DNA of 64,000 nucleotides from the human T2T-CHM13v2.0 reference genome, Homo sapiens: NCBI RefSeq assembly GCF_009914755.1, contig NC_060933.1; one strand, given 5' to 3'. A model generated the notes under the pieces. It was given only the letters and a program-made list of their open reading frames with translations, had not been told where the DNA came from and made no database searches. Shown here piece after piece: positions 44,603-61,214 of the stretch (positions within the stretch are counted from its first letter, which is position 1; the number at the start of each line of letters is the position of its first letter). Made by a program: the position numbers and the translations under genes.

Positions 44603-45129
44603 AAAAGTGAAAAATTGTAAAATAGATATATATCTACATATCATAGTTTTATATAGATATATTTATGATCAATTAGTCATTCCCATTGTTAAATGTTTAA
44701 ATTATTTTACTCATAAACATCCCATATTTCCTAATGGTGAAATAACTGTGTCAACAGTTAAGCACATTATTATGGTGAATCTTGTAAAACATCTTGTGAA
44801 ATAGTAGATAGCCTGTACAAACCACATTTCTGGAAATTTTTAAAAAATATTGAAAAGGCTCACCCTAGTGTTGTTCTTCTAGAAGAATCATGAAATGGAC
44901 ACACTGGGGTTTGATAGCAGAGAAGCCTTTTCATTTGGATCCTACAAAAATGTAGTTTTTATGTCATTGCTGGATTCTGAGGGGGCAAGTAGAAAAAGAA
45001 AGTAAAAAAGGAAAATTCATGAACTGAAAAAAGAGTGACGTTTTCATAAAATGAGAGAAAATAAGGTCTATTTATAGGTGGAAGGGCTGAACTTGGCATA
45101 AAGCACAATTCACTCACAATAAAAAGAGG

Positions 45130-45530
45130 GAAGGCAAAGTATATGTTCACTGATGCTCCTAGGTAAGTTGATGTAGTGTGAGGACCTTTGTGGAATATAT
45201 TTTGTGATACTTTCTTTTACATCAATGAAATAGGAAGTAAAGTCATCAACAGAGTGTGAATATCTGAGAGGACATGGTGGAATTTTGAGGAAACTATGAA
45301 CTTGTTGAGAAAGAATGAGTAAGAATGGGAATGGTCTAGAGGCACCACTGTACATGGTTATTTGTTTTGTTCTAGCCACAGGTACAGCTGTTAATGACAG
45401 AGAATTGGATTCAACCAAGACTGAAGTTCTGTCAATGGCTTATAAAATAGAAGAAGGGAACTGAGACTGTATGCCAAGGAATGATTAGAATAATTGGGTA
45501 AGTGATGTAAGCAGGTAAGGAAAGAAGCAA
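45130..45530 (-). mobile_element. L2 LINE ORF2 remnant
   Basis: tcaatgaaataggaagtaaagtcatcaacagag; the minus-strand translation SHSVDDFTSYFID is L2-like. Confidence 0.5.
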
Positions 45531-45837
45531 GAAATGCTTGAGCTAAATCTGTCTCGGCAAAGCACTTTCACCCCTCTGCAATTTGTATGTGCTTGATCCG
45601 TAGATAGTACAGATTTGAAACTATTTGTTGAGGTGATAAAATAGTACTGTCCTGAAACAGAAACTAAAAGTAAAGATTTATATTTTTTTCTTAAAGTGAT
45701 GAGTTCTTAGGGGTTCATTTTTAATAGTTTGTTTCTCAGTATGTTGTATGCACAGGATTTATTAATCAAGTTTTACTTGAAGTTTTACAAGTTTTACATA
45801 CAAACTTGCACTTTAACATAATTAATGAAAATGTTGT

Positions 45838-46203
45838 TGTCTTAGTCTGTTTGGGCTACTATAACAAAAATACCGTAGACTGGGTGACATAAAAACAAGA
45901 TACGTTTACTTCTCACAGTTCTGGAGGCTGAAAGTTTAAGAGCAAGGGGCCTAGATTGTCTGTTGACAGCCCACTTCCTGGTTTATGGATGCTGTCTTTT
46001 AGCTGCATCTTTACTTGGTAAAAGGGGTAAGGTAACTCCTGGGCACCTTTTTTATAACGGAATTAATCCCATTCAGGAGGACTCTTCCTTTATGGCCTAG
46101 TCACCTCCCAAATGCCCCATTTCCAAATATCATATGAGTTTATGGAATTCGTTTTCCACACATAAATGTTGGGAGTAGGGGCACAAATATTCAGTTTATC
46201 GCA
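45838..46203 (-). mobile_element. MLT1A-type MaLR solo LTR
   Basis: tgtcttagtctgtttgggctactataacaaaa...cacaaatattcagtttatcgca; TSD gttgt/attgt. Confidence 0.82.
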
Positions 46204-46224
46204 ATTGTGATACTAATAATCACT

Positions 46225-46475
46225 CAAATACCATCTTCTCTGCAAGACCTTCTTGAATGAGCTAAAGCAGCATGATCTTCTGGTCACACTGTATGATATT
46301 ATTTCAGGTACAGCACATTTCACTACCTAATAATATCTCATTAGCTAATTTGTTAACAAGTATATTGCTGTCTTTTCTTACTACCTTGGGAGTTCCTTGA
46401 AGCAAAATAATCTGTCTCATTTGCTGCCATATTTCCATTGGCTAGAATGGTATCTGACTTCTAGCAGATGATTAA
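46225..46475 (+). mobile_element. L2 3' end remnant
   Basis: ctcaaataccatcttctctgcaagaccttctt...agttccttgaagc...gctagaatggtatctgac. Confidence 0.5.
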
Positions 46476-47704
46476 ATTTTTGAAACACTAACATTGTTAG
46501 AATTTGTATGTTTAAAAGGAGGTTTAGAAGAGAGATAAAGATTTTAACAATGTTCCCATTTGATAGAGATTCATAGGTGATTTTCATTTTCTACCTTACA
46601 TTCCTATATCAAGACTCATTCTTGAAGTGAGATGGCATTTTTTCTGCAAAGTAATTTTCATCCACAGATGCAAAAAAGAACCGAGGAGGCTCATGAGAAA
46701 AAAAATTATTTTTTTTTTTTTGCATATCTACACATGTTTCATGCTTTGGGGCACTCAACTATGCCTATAAATTTTTAACCTAATCTTTGAGTTTACAAAA
46801 GGTTAGTCAACCACATACTGCTTGCATATATTGCATGCCAATTTCTTGGAACATGATTCCAACTCAGGTTGATAGTAAACAGTGAAATTAGAGAGCAAAA
46901 ATACCTCCTGACTTGTGCTCAAAAGGCAGTGCCTCAGTTAGCTCTAAAAATTTCTTAGATCCAAGACATTCTGCAATACATACATACCTCAGGCTGAGGG
47001 TGACTCGGTCAGAGGGGATTATCTCCTCACTTTATCACTAACAGGTAGAAGGTTGAAGGATGTTTCAAGGGTGTCTGGCTCAGAGAAGCTGGGTTAATAA
47101 TGTAAACGCTATGTTTATTTTTGGCAGAGGTCTGATTCTAGGAAAGCCACCATTTTGCCAGCTCAGATCTGGTGGAGCCAAGGCATTGTTGCATGTAGTA
47201 GAACAGACCATCATTGGAGCTATAAGGTCAAGGGTGCCTACAGCTTGGTTAACAGTGACAGTAGAAATGGAAAAATATATCTAGCTCAGCTACCAACCCA
47301 GTGAGAGAATCTTGACTCAATGGAGTAGCCAGTGAAAATGGTAGTGTCAGCAGAGATTCAGGACAATGGGCATTGCTAGTGGCAGGTCAGGGTAGGACTG
47401 TCCGGGGACTTCCAGCAAAGGTGGAGGCATAAATTATTAATAATAACTGGAAGTAACCTAGGAAGTTCCTTTGCTTCCCAGAACCTCTAATTCTGATCTG
47501 TGATGGGAAGATAATAAGTTCTTCATCAGTTTATTATGATTAAAAACCATACCATATGTAAGCAATTAAAAGAATATGAAACAGGAAAAGGCACCCAGTT
47601 AAATAGTTGTAATTATTATAATCATTATTAAAGATATAAATATACATAGAGGAAGTGGATATAGCAAATGCTTATGTAAATGTTGATGTTGATATAATGG
47701 ATGT

Positions 47705-48185
47705 GTATATTCATTATCTATTACAAAAACATTAATACATAACAAACAGTGACAAAAACTAGTGTCTTAAATAATAAGTATTTATTAAACTTGGGAGTTA
47801 GAGGGTTAACTGGTTGATTGTTCTTAGTTGGGCTTACTTATGTCTCAGTGCCCAGCCGGTGGGTCATCTCTGGTTGGCTTTATTGGCCTCTCTCCCATGT
47901 CTGGAGCTTAGGCTGTGATAACTGGGGTAATACAGTTGTGATTCACATGGTATCTCATCCTGCAGTAGACTAGTCTGAGCTTGTCATGTCACAGGAAGGG
48001 ATTCAAGAGAAATAAAACAAGTACATGAGGCCCCTTGATGTATAGACTCAGAACTGGGCATTCTATTGGCCAGAGTCACAGGGCCCTCCAAAAGAAAAAA
48101 TAAAGGAAGAGTGAAAGGGTCCTAAAGTGTTACTGGGCAAAAGGGAGGCCACCAATTGTAAGTATCCATGCAATCAGTCTACCCC
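47705..48185 (-). mobile_element. MLT1 (H/I-like) LTR
   Basis: cataacaaacag..aaaaactagtgtcttaaataataagtatttatt...cattctattggccagagtcacagggcc. Confidence 0.55.
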
Positions 48186-49189
48186 CAATAAGTTACCTTC
48201 TCTGGGTAAAGATTCTTTATAAAGCCATCATTTTTATATTTTTATATTTTATCAATTTAATCCAGTGAATTTATACTTCAAGATCTGAAAATGAAGAAAA
48301 TATTTAAAATAAGAATAAATGCATAAGCTTTCCATTGTAGACCAAGTTTTTAAAGTTGAAATATAAAAAATTTTTAAGTAATTTGTGACATCAAGAACTG
48401 AAAAATATTAGAAAAATTTTCAAAAGAAGTAGTAAAAGAAGGGAAAGAATTGAGTGGGAAGGTCTGCAATTTGATTAATAAACCATATTTTCTCCCGGGC
48501 AGTAATAATATACTTCAGCACCTAAAATTCACTACCATCTGCTGTCATGCTAAATGAATAAATCTCAGCTAAGTACCACCACACACCTGAGATATTTATG
48601 TGCTATATTTATGGATAAAATAGTTTAGAAGGTATTGAGGTGAAAAAATGGCAGTTTCCTGAAATAAAAATCACTAGTAATTTAAAAAATTTAGTGTCAT
48701 GATTCTTTGTAACAGTAAATCAGGTATCTCCATAGTAAATGAGAAGCAGCCTCTTGTTTTACAAATATAACCTATCTGGAAGTGAGAAAAGTGCAATCTG
48801 GCCCTGGGTTTGTCTTTAACAAAATGATGTTAGAAAGGAACTTTTCTTAATTGAAGCTTAGCTGTCATATCTGTAAAATAAGAAGTCTACATTAAGATTT
48901 GAAGTCACTCTTATCCTCAACATTCTCTTTTCTAGAGTTTCTCTATCGATTACTTAAGTAAAATGGGGCCCTAGAGAGGAGAAGCATTTGCAGGAACTCA
49001 CTAGCTAAAAAAGGCTGCATAAACTTTGACAAATACCGTACTCTGTCTCTCAATTTCCTCAACTATGGATAAAAATAGTAGCAACTTACAGGGTTGGTGA
49101 GAGGTTTAACTAGTTACTTAATGTTAAGTACCCAGAGGAATGTTTGGAGAATAACACAGATTTTCATCATATCACTTTGGTGGTAATTT

Positions 49190-49650
49190 TACCCTCTCTC
49201 CTCTGCTGATCCATGTCCATTTTCTCTGTTCTGCTCTGTTCCTGTAAAGCATGACCCCAGCAAACTTCACTAGTTGGGCCCCTTGCTAGTTGCTTCCCAT
49301 TTGGTCAGCCAATGGGAGACGCTGACAAGAGATGAGAAAGTGAGAGGAGGGAGACTTTGTGCTGTTTCTTCCCTGTCTGAATCCTGGTGCCATATGTCTA
49401 CCAATTGACTATAATTTCTATCATATGGCCACTCCCTTTAAGGTTTCAGCTCTCACTGGGGTGAAATAACACTATATTGTCCTCTTGACTCATCAGCCAT
49501 AAAATCAGTACCCAGTTTGCCACTGAGGCTGGCCTTAGGTGCTGCAAAATCCCATCTTTGTTCTGTAAAACTTACTCAAGCTCTTCACTGAAGTCTTTTC
49601 ATTTGAACCATGTGAATAGAATTTTGTTTTCTGTCTGGATCCCATTTCAT
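49190..49650 (+). mobile_element. LTR33-like ERVL LTR
   Basis: ttggtcagccaatgggagacgctgacaagagatgagaaagtgagaggaggg...tttcatttgaacc...tgttttctgtctggatccc. Confidence 0.55.
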
Positions 49651-51081
49651 AATTATACTGAATTTGTGACCCAGACATTTTACTAACAATTTGCTAAGGG
49701 AATATGATAAGATCATTTGTTCTCTTTGTTCTTTTCATCAGACTTAGATACAAAAGCTCTGGTTTGATGAAGAGTATTTGAAGGAAATGAATAAGAATTA
49801 GGAATGAATTAGGAAAAGATTATCAGAAAGGAGAATAGTAAAGATACTAAAGCAATTCTCATGGTATGCATTGAAGACAAACATGAGGATGATAAGGAAA
49901 TTTGTATATGGGAATTAATTTGAAAAGAGTATGATTATGATGCAGATGATGAAAACAGCATCTTCTATGGGGTGCCTACAAATGCCAGGTGGAACTTTTA
50001 AACACATTATCTTACTTAATGTTCATTACAACTTGCCTCCTATGTAGCTGTTCTTTCCAGTTCTTCATGCGCCTCCCTGTTTAGTTCTGGATACCTTAAG
50101 TATCAGGAATCTAGTAAACATTGAATATTTGAAAGAATTAAGGAAGAAAAGTTAAGGAAAGTGTCTTGGAACAGTTATAAAACCAAAAATTATGAAAAAC
50201 AGTTACTTTATAGGTTTTTTTGTTTAGCTGAATATCAAATTGACTTTTGCCTGCCTTACTAGCTGGATAAAAATGAACATCTGGGCCTTGAAAGCTACAG
50301 GCACTTCTCAACAAAATTAAATAATTCCTCCTCTGCTGTGTTATTGAAATTTATTTATTTCTGTTTTAGCTCTTGCCACTTTCCTATAACTATTGGAGTA
50401 TTTATTTTCCTTTATTTATGTAAAGTAATTCCTGGATATCAGGAGGTAGACTTTATTCATCTTTTCATTTCTAAACAATTACCTGATACACAGTATGGTT
50501 TTGAAGTAGTGAATGAAGAAATAAATAAATAATTGCAAGTAAAATTCTGCTGGCTAAAATCGACCCATTAATCAATACTAGCAAGGAACTTTTACAGGAG
50601 CTACAAATCATCTTAAATATGCTACCTGATATCATGAGATTGGCAAAATTTATTTAACACTAAAATACTTGGAATATGTTGATGAAGCATCAAAGCACAT
50701 GTTTATATTAAAGTAGAAATAGTAATAATAACCTCATAGATCAATTTCTTCTGTCAGGCAGATTCATTGTGAATGATCCTTGGTACACACACATTTAATT
50801 TATTTTAAACATCAAATAATATGAAATATATAGAATATCACAATTCTGTACGTAATATATACCCTGGTTCTTAGTTGGTAAATGATGCCTCTGCATCGAA
50901 GCCCAAGCGCAGCATTGTGCATTCACACATCAGGTCGTCTCTCCTACAACTTTCTCAGGTCCTCACTTCTGACCAATGTTTCTTAAAGTCTAATATTACA
51001 TCATAATAATGGGAAAAATATTGAAAAACATTCACCATTTTCTTACATTACACATGAACATTAAATAATATATACTTCAGA

Positions 51082-51375
51082 GACCAGGCACGGTGGCTCA
51101 CGCCTGTAATCCCAGCACTTTGGGAGGCCACGTTGGACAGTTGACTATATCAGGAGTTCAAGACCAGCCTGGCCAACATGGTGAAACCCCATCTCTACTA
51201 AAAATACAAACATTAGCTGGGCATAGTGGCATGTGCCTGTAATCCCAGCTACTCAGGAGGCTAAGGCGGGAGAATTGCTTGAACTGGGACCCGGGAGACG
51301 GAGGTTGCAGTGAGCCGAGATTGCTCCATTAAGCTCCACCCTGGGCTACAGAGGGAGAATCCATCTCAAAGAAAG

Positions 51376-51392
<17 letters not shown>
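51082..51392 (+). mobile_element. AluS
   Basis: Full dimer with A-tail; TSD atatatacttcaga at 51068-51081 and 51408-51421; short extra segment in gaactgggacccgggag. Confidence 0.93.
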
Positions 51393-51414
<22 letters not shown>

Positions 51415-51729
51415 CTTCAGAAGAAATACACACAGAGACACACACACACACATATGCCATTGACATTTAGAAAATAATATATTTTCGGAAACATTGTCTT
51501 TCTGAAATAACCACCTTAAACACCAGAATAATGCTATGTTTTAATCAGGACACTAAATAAAAGTTCACTATTCAAAATTTTTCTGAATAAAGGAAACAAT
51601 TTTAGTTTCCTATGAATGATTCCTGTAGAATATATTCACATGTCAAGTATTTACCATATTATTCTCCCACAAAACGATATAATGTAGAAATTTTTATTAA
51701 CATCTTTTACCTCATATAACACTAGTCAG

Positions 51730-52410
51730 TCACAAAGTCTTGCCAATTCCATTTCTGAAATTGTTTCTGCATCTTTGCCTTTACCAGTTCTTAATTTCTG
51801 TAGCCATTTCATTTCCTTAGATTTCTTTTAGACCTGGCTATTATTTCCTTTTAATATGCCTACTGCAGTATCTCCTGATAGTCTGTCTTAAAGCTCCACC
51901 CTCTACCATTGCACATTTACATGCCAATCTGAGTTATCTTCCTAAAATACAGATTTGGTTGTTCCTAAATTTATTCTAAAAGACTTTGCCCTTTCACCAT
52001 TGCTTAGAAAAAAAATGAGATCATTCTCTGAACAATTAATTTAAGGATATTAACATCTGACCACTGCTGATCTTTTCAACCCAATCCTGGCTGATTATCT
52101 TATTTCTACCATACACTCACTGACTGCCTCAGGATCCATTATCTTGCTCTTTGACTTCCAAATCTATGGCTCTGATCCTGCTGTTTTTTCTGCCTAATGT
52201 TCTACAGAGACCAATTCATATCACTTACTTTACGGAAAAATTATTGACATTACACAATATAGTGCAACTTTTCATATGCTCTTAGAACATAAGAGCATAA
52301 GAGGATACCCTTATGCTAACAGCATACCCTTGTACTCTTAGAACAGGGATTATCTTACTTATATTTCTGTACCCAGAACATAGCATATGGTCTATCATAT
52401 AGTAGAAGTA
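51730..52410 (+). mobile_element. L2 LINE 3' remnant
   Basis: cacaaagtcttgccaattccatttctg...cctactgcagtatctcctga...gtacccagaacatagcatatggtct. Confidence 0.55.
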
Positions 52411-52823
52411 TGGAACATGGGATGACTTGTTAATGTAACTTTTAAAAATAATAATTTTACGTTTCCTTTAACATGTAGCTTATGAGCCTAGGGTCTGGCC
52501 ACCAAAAGGCAAATAGAGGCAATGTTTGGGACTTTCTGTGATGGAATATTTTTTTCCAATTTATTATTCAAATAGAAGATGAAAGACATTCTGCCTCTTA
52601 CCTTAAACCATCGAATTTGTATCATATCCTGAGGTATTACAGCAAGATGACTTTTTAAAGCTGGGCTAGCTGGGCTGAGCTGGCCTGGATGATTTTTTTA
52701 AGCTGCCAGTCTTAAGTTTTCAAGAAAATATATATACACATATTCATATACACATATATGTGTGTGTTTGTGTATATATGAAGATATGATTTAATCTTCA
52801 CCTCACAGATTATAAAATATCTA

Positions 52824-54650
<1,827 letters not shown>

Positions 54651-55975
54651 CAAAGTAAAACTGTTTTATATAGACAATGGAGAGGATTCCCAAAAAGAAA
54701 AAGAATGTATCCTCCCCTCAAATTATTATTTTCTTTCATGATTCACACAATCTTTGTCTTCTATCCTTAATTTTAATCTCATTTAAAATAATCTAAAACT
54801 TCCCTAATGTATAAAAATTTGACCTTTTTTTTATCTTTTACGTAATTCAGAATTCCATCCCCTAGTGGTTACTAAAATCTGTATATCACAGAAACTACAA
54901 AAATTTAACTTACTAAAATAGTTGTTAAATTAGTTTTAGATATCCAAGGTTTAAATCTTTCCAGTCCTTGGGGAGCTGGCTACACTTTAGAAGTAGGGGC
55001 AACAAACCCAGGAAAGGAGTGTCAATACCTGACGAATCCATACTTTCATCATGTTGCTGGACAAGCTCCAGACCAATATCTTTATCCTTTAAGATTTTAT
55101 TTATTCCTGATGAAAGCATAGAGCATTAATTCAGCTCACATTGTTGAAAATACATACTGTGGGACAAATAATATGATAGGCTCTGGGGATGTAAAAATAT
55201 CTTTTTATAGGATATACAGTCTACATTTAAAATTGCACATTACAGCCAATATATTTAATTAAAAGGATGCATATTATTATGTAACATGCATATAGCTCAG
55301 CGGAAAAAATTTACACCTATGATAAATATAACAACTCTATTCTAGGATGGGAAAACAGGAAGATATGTGTAACTCTTCCTAATCCGGAAAAATTCTTCTC
55401 TGTGTTTTTACCAAAGTTATTTCTACGTCCTTGATTAATCTTTATTCCATTCCACCACTGCAAAGCTTTAACTTCCCATTTTCTGTTTATTGTTTGTTTT
55501 TGGTTCTTGTTTGGTTTTTGTTTTCTATAATTTGGACTTCTAGAAATTAATAGTATTAAGGAATTAAGAAATTGCTAGCTACTCACATTTACCTTGTCCC
55601 ACATGCATTGATGACCAAGCCACTGTCTGCTTAAATAGAACAGGGAGGCACTTGGGAGGAGCAGAGTATTGTGATTAACATGCATATGAAAAAAGACAAA
55701 ATATACTTACATCTCGTTAGACCTCTTAGGGAATATTCCATGGGGGTGGAGTGGTGGTACTTGAGCCCTCCAAGCAAGTACCTTTTTACAGTATCTTTTA
55801 TTAATATGGACACACAACTGTTCCTGTAATTAATTGAAGATTGTAGACCTTAAATCACAGATAATTTTATGACATTATTTAATGTGATTGCTTCACTTTT
55901 TTTGCATAAGTGCTGTTGGAATTAAGACAGAGTATTTGCTTTAAACCATACAATGTTAAAGAATTACTATTATAT

Positions 55976-56783
55976 TGATAAGAACAGGGCAGGGAAATAC
56001 CAAGTAGAAAAGAGTGGGGTCCCTGGTGAGGGCTCCACCCTCCAACCTGGACCCATGGCCCTAAGGGAGAACATGCATTCCTGTTTTCCTGCACAAATAT
56101 TACCTTTTCCAAAACCACCCTGGTACATCACAACCCCCATCCTGTACCCATAAAATCCCCAGATTCCACTGGCAAAGTGGAGTGGTGTAGCAGAGAAGGA
56201 GAGAAGGAGTCAAGAGGAGAAGAAGAAGCTGAAGATTGCAGTCTGCGGTTAGTCAGAAAGGAGTTTGGCTGGGGATGGTTAGAGAGAAGTTCAGCCTGTT
56301 CGGTTCAGGGATGGCCAGACTCCAGGGGAAGACCATCTTACCAATCCATCCCTTTTCCAGCTCCCCATCCTACTGGGAGCCACTTCCATTGCTCAATAAA
56401 ATTCTCCACATTCACTACCCTTCAACTGGTTCGTGCGACTTGATTCTTTCTGGATGCTGGACATGAACTCGGGCACCAAGAAGGCGGGTGCAAAAGGCTG
56501 TTACCCTGACCCTCCACTGAGCTGGTTACCACTTAGCCATCTGCGGATGGCAAAGGTGAAAGAGCACACTGTATGTAACACACGCCCTCTGGGGCTCTAG
56601 GGGTCAATGGCAACACCTAGAAGCTGCTGCTGGGGTGCCAATATAGGATTCATTTCGTCCCCACTCCTGCACCTGCTCGCCTACATGCTTCCTCCCCCTC
56701 AAGGGGTTTGAGAGCTGTGGGCTGAGTAAGTGAGTCACCCCCTCACAAGTCCTGTGAAGGGGTCAAGGAACTATCCTGTCTCA
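55976..56783 (+). mobile_element. Solo ERV1 LTR1-family LTR
   Basis: TGATAA...CTCA termini, perfect 4-bp TSD atat, homologous to 18528-19346, intact AATAAA at ~56395. Confidence 0.9.
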
Positions 56784-59616
56784 ATATAGAGATCCTATTG
56801 CAGCTACTAACACAACTGTTCTTGCTGTCCCACCCCAAGTACTCCTCTGGGTCCAAACTGCTTAAATCACAGCCACCTCTCTCTTCACCATCAGTCTGAG
56901 CTACATAGAGTCTGGAGTGGTGAGGACTGCTAATAGCCCTTTTCTCTTCCTGAGGCACAAGATCCTTTTTTCCCCAATGAGGTTTAACTGTGGGGCAGCA
57001 AATGAAGGAGGCTGCATTAAAAGTCTGTTTTCTTGTCATCAGACATATTGTGTGTCTGTTCACTAGGGAGGAGCCAACCCAGAGGGAAAGAATCTGCTCT
57101 TGGTTTCATTTTTGAATTAGGAAATTAATTTTTAATCATACTACATCAATTAACAACTAAATATTTTTGCAGCTATAATTAATTAAATTGTTGTATGTGC
57201 TAGAAAGAAAGGAAAAAGTACAGGGTATTAGAAACTTCTGTAACAACGAGATTAAATAAATCTTGGGTTCTCTAAAAAATAATGTTTAAGCTTGAAATGA
57301 AGCTATGCTTGCATTTTGCTTATAGAAAAGTAAACCAAACAGTATAACAGGGAGAATCCATAAATCAGGCATTAGTATTAAGATCTAATTTTCTCCAACT
57401 CTGGGAGAAGTGAGTGGGATGCCTTTCTCAATTCCTCCTTTCCCTACTCTGTGCAAAGTCATACCAAACCACTCTTCCCTCTCAAGTCTGAAGCCTCATC
57501 TACTGTAGACAGCCCTTTTGTATTACAGTATTTTTTCATATTTGTTTCTACTAAGGTGATGTTCGTCACATAAAAATCAGATATTTTCCTTATTCATTTG
57601 CTTTTCTTTGTTAGAACCTTATAGATGATACATGATACATAGTAAATTCTTAATAAATATCTAGTTAATGTGGCATTGAATATCACTTAGCTGTTTATTT
57701 TAACCACACGCTACACTAACTACACTATTCATCATTATACTTACAAAATACTTTTTCTTATTACAAAATTACAGTAGTCAGCTACAAAGTGATCACCATA
57801 TGGAATTATCTGACATTCATCCGCTCAAAATGACAATCACTGATCCAAAATGGAAGATCTTCCACAAGTTTATTTTTCAGCATTTTAATTGCAATTATAT
57901 TGTTATAAGTTATCAAAGTAAGAAATATTAAATTAAAAGTCACAAAGACTCAACCATTGCATTTCAGATACTCTGCTACATTCTATACAATATATATAAA
58001 TTTCATTTTAAAATTTCTCATTTACATTAATCAGAAAATATCATCTGTGATGGGTAGATTTTAATTTTAGTGCTGCCCTAAACCTATCTAGAAGTCATTC
58101 AAATGTAAATCATCATAACTGTCGACTAACAGTTTTACTATGCATCTGGGATCTGAAATCATTTAAAAATTTCCTCATACACTATATAGTGTTGATATAT
58201 TCATTGGTGCTTATGAATATAAGATTTTTCCTAATAATTAAAAACTCTGTATATCATTGTAAAACATATTTCTTTTAAAAATCCTCTTTGGAAGTATAAA
58301 AATATACATATTCTAATATTTCTAATAAATGATACATCTCTATGTGAAATAACATCTAGTGAAGTAATTCTTTTCAAAACACAAAAAGTCACAAAAATTT
58401 TGTTTTCACTTAGTACAGTTCTACAGCTCTCCATCTTTGATGCCCTTTCAATTAATTTTTTTCTATCATAGAGTAAATTTTGTGAGGAAATACTATTGTT
58501 AAACTAAAAAATCTCCCTTTTATCAGGGATGGTGCTGTACCAACCAGCGTAGCTGTCTGTCCTTCGGCCCACACATATCTGAATCTGATATTACTTGGAC
58601 AGTCTTGTAGCATCAGACTCAACTCAGACACTGAGACTGTACAGACCTTTCCTTGACAGCAAGACTTTGCTTAACTCTTGAGTTCAAGTACTGAACATGT
58701 ATTCATCAAGTCAGTTGTGTTGCTGGTCCTACTGTGATCTTCAACTCTGGTTTTCCTAATTGCTTTGTTTCTTTTTACCGCTACTGCCACTCTGAATGCT
58801 GAATGGCACCTCTAGTAAATGGCTCCTCTAATTGAATGATGACCCCATTCCCTTTGGAATACACTGATAGTTTGCTCTTAGTAAAAATTCTGGGATGTAG
58901 ACTTCAACCTCACACCTCAGTCAAGAACCAGGTGGCCATGTATATCTGGAAGTAACACTGAGAGTGTATCTGTGGATTACATTATTTCTAGACTTCACTA
59001 ACTCCTCCTCCTAGCCCTTTAGTGAGATCTTTTCAGATCATATTTCCTGCCCCATCAATTCTGTCTTTGCTGATTATTAACATTTCTTGTTACTGTGTCT
59101 AAATCAATCTATTTCTGTTGAGTTGTTCTCCATTATCAAAACATTTTATAAGCAGAAATGTAGATAGCTAAAAAGGAGGGTAGCAGGAAGAGGAATTAGC
59201 AGAGACAAGAGGCAGCACATTTATGAAGCCTTGAGTTTCAAAATTATAATTATTGACAGTTTTCTCCATTGCATTTCACAAATCATATTATATTTCTAAA
59301 TTAGTCTTTCTTCTCATGTCATGAAGACATTTAAAGGCTTAGAGGCTTTCTACATCTAGACTCATCTTTTTCAATTCATATTCCTTATAACCATCAACAT
59401 GATCTTCCTAATTGGCAAATCTGACCTAGCCACTTGTCTTTTTAAATCCTTTGATGGCTCTTAATTTTTTGAACAATGAAATGCCAGCTTCTTGATATGA
59501 CAAGTAGCCCCCTCAATGAACTTACCTCAACTCCTTGTTTCTTCTGACCTGTTACTATCTTCCCACATTTTATCATTCAAAAATTCCAAACTTCCTCCAC
59601 ATGTTATTTGATTACA

Positions 59617-59813
59617 TTTGTGGTGTACTGTGGTTGGCTCCTACAGGCTCCTATTGGCACATAATAACTGTTAAATATTCAGAAATTTTATCAATCATTA
59701 TAAAATAATTTGGCAGCTTGAAGTTAGCCATGGTGGAAATATGTACTATGGAAATTAACAAATGTTATCAATTAGGGTTTCTTCCTTCTCAAATAGGCAG
59801 TTGACCAGCCCTG
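59617..59813. mobile_element. MER63A-like hAT-Blackjack MITE
   Basis: gttaaatattcagaaatttt...gcttgaagttagccatggtggaaatatgtactatggaaattaacaaatg. Confidence 0.55.
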
Positions 59814-60821
59814 AAAATTGCTCATGTACTTCAGGTGATAATACCCTAAATGATGTTAGTGTCTCCATGTCCTTCCATTAGGAGGTCTGCAGAGCAGAGA
59901 TAAAAATGGAAGCCAGAGAAAAGGCTGCAAGACCAATTTTACTTAGTGTATAAAGAAATGCTTAGTCAAGGTCCTGTGATGGAAAAAGGTATAAAAATAT
60001 AAATGCAAATTTAAAAACTTACACTATAAATAAATATAACAGCTATAATAGCAATAAAAACCACAAAAACTCTTTTGTTTGGAGATTATATATATGTATG
60101 TAAATTATTTTGCTGTTGCAACAGAATTTAATTAAGTTTAACTACAATGTAGCTCTTATTAAATATTTCTAAATAAGATAATTGATTTTTGATTTGTACC
60201 TCACACTATAATATTTATACAATATAGCATTCAAAATGATACTTATACTATCTTTTGTTGGTTAAGCCTGTAGTGAGTACCATTATAGCATGACTAGCAA
60301 TTCTTTCCTTGTTTAGACTTTAATACTTATACTCATTAGGGTTCATACAAGAATTTTCAACTTCCTAATGTGAAAAACGTAAGTTCTATGTGTATATGAT
60401 GACTATTCACTGAGAAATTTTAGATTTGTGATTGTTTTACTTAGGCAGTAGGTGTTAACTCATTTTTTAATCCTCTTGTTATTTGGAAAGGTTTAAAGTA
60501 AGGGAATCAAAGTAACTTTTCTTTCCACTAGTGTAAATTATTGACAAAAAACTGTTTATAAAACATAGCATATATCTTTACTGCAGAAAGTTTTCAATAT
60601 TCTAGTGCAGGATACAGTCCTAAAGATATCCTAAATTTCAGAGTTGATTTCTTAATTGAACTGGATAAATATTCTGAGTTTAAGTTTTGCAGTCTTTTAA
60701 CCTCATGCTATAACACATTCAACACCAAGATAATATACTTTATTGTTTCTTTACCTAGTAAACATATCCAGAAAATGACAACTTCCAAACTTTTAACTTT
60801 TACCTTTATTGATAATGTAGG

Positions 60822-61214
60822 TGTGTTAGTCCATTCTTGTGTTACTACAGAGAAATACCTAAGGCTGGGTAATTTATAAGAAAAGAGATTTAATTGGCTC
60901 ATGGTTCTGTAGACTGTACAGGAATCATGGTGCTGGCATCTGCTTCTTGTGAGGCCTCAGGAAGCTTACAATCATGGCGGGAAGCCAAGTGTCACATGGT
61001 GAGCACAGGAGCAAGAGAGAGGGAGGGAAGAGGTGCCATACTCTTTTAACAACCAGATCTCATGTGAACTCACTCAACCCCAAGGGGACGGCTCTAAGCT
61101 ATTCAAGAGAGATCAGCCCTCATGATCTAATACCTCCCAGCAGGGCCCATGTCCAACGCTGAGGATTACATATCAACGTGAGATTTGGAAGAGACAAACA
61201 TCAAAACAAAATCA
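60822..61214 (-). mobile_element. MSTA-type MaLR solo LTR
   Basis: tgtgttagtccattcttgtgttactacagagaaatacc...gacaaacatcaaaacaaaatca; TSD gtagg/atagg. Confidence 0.88.
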
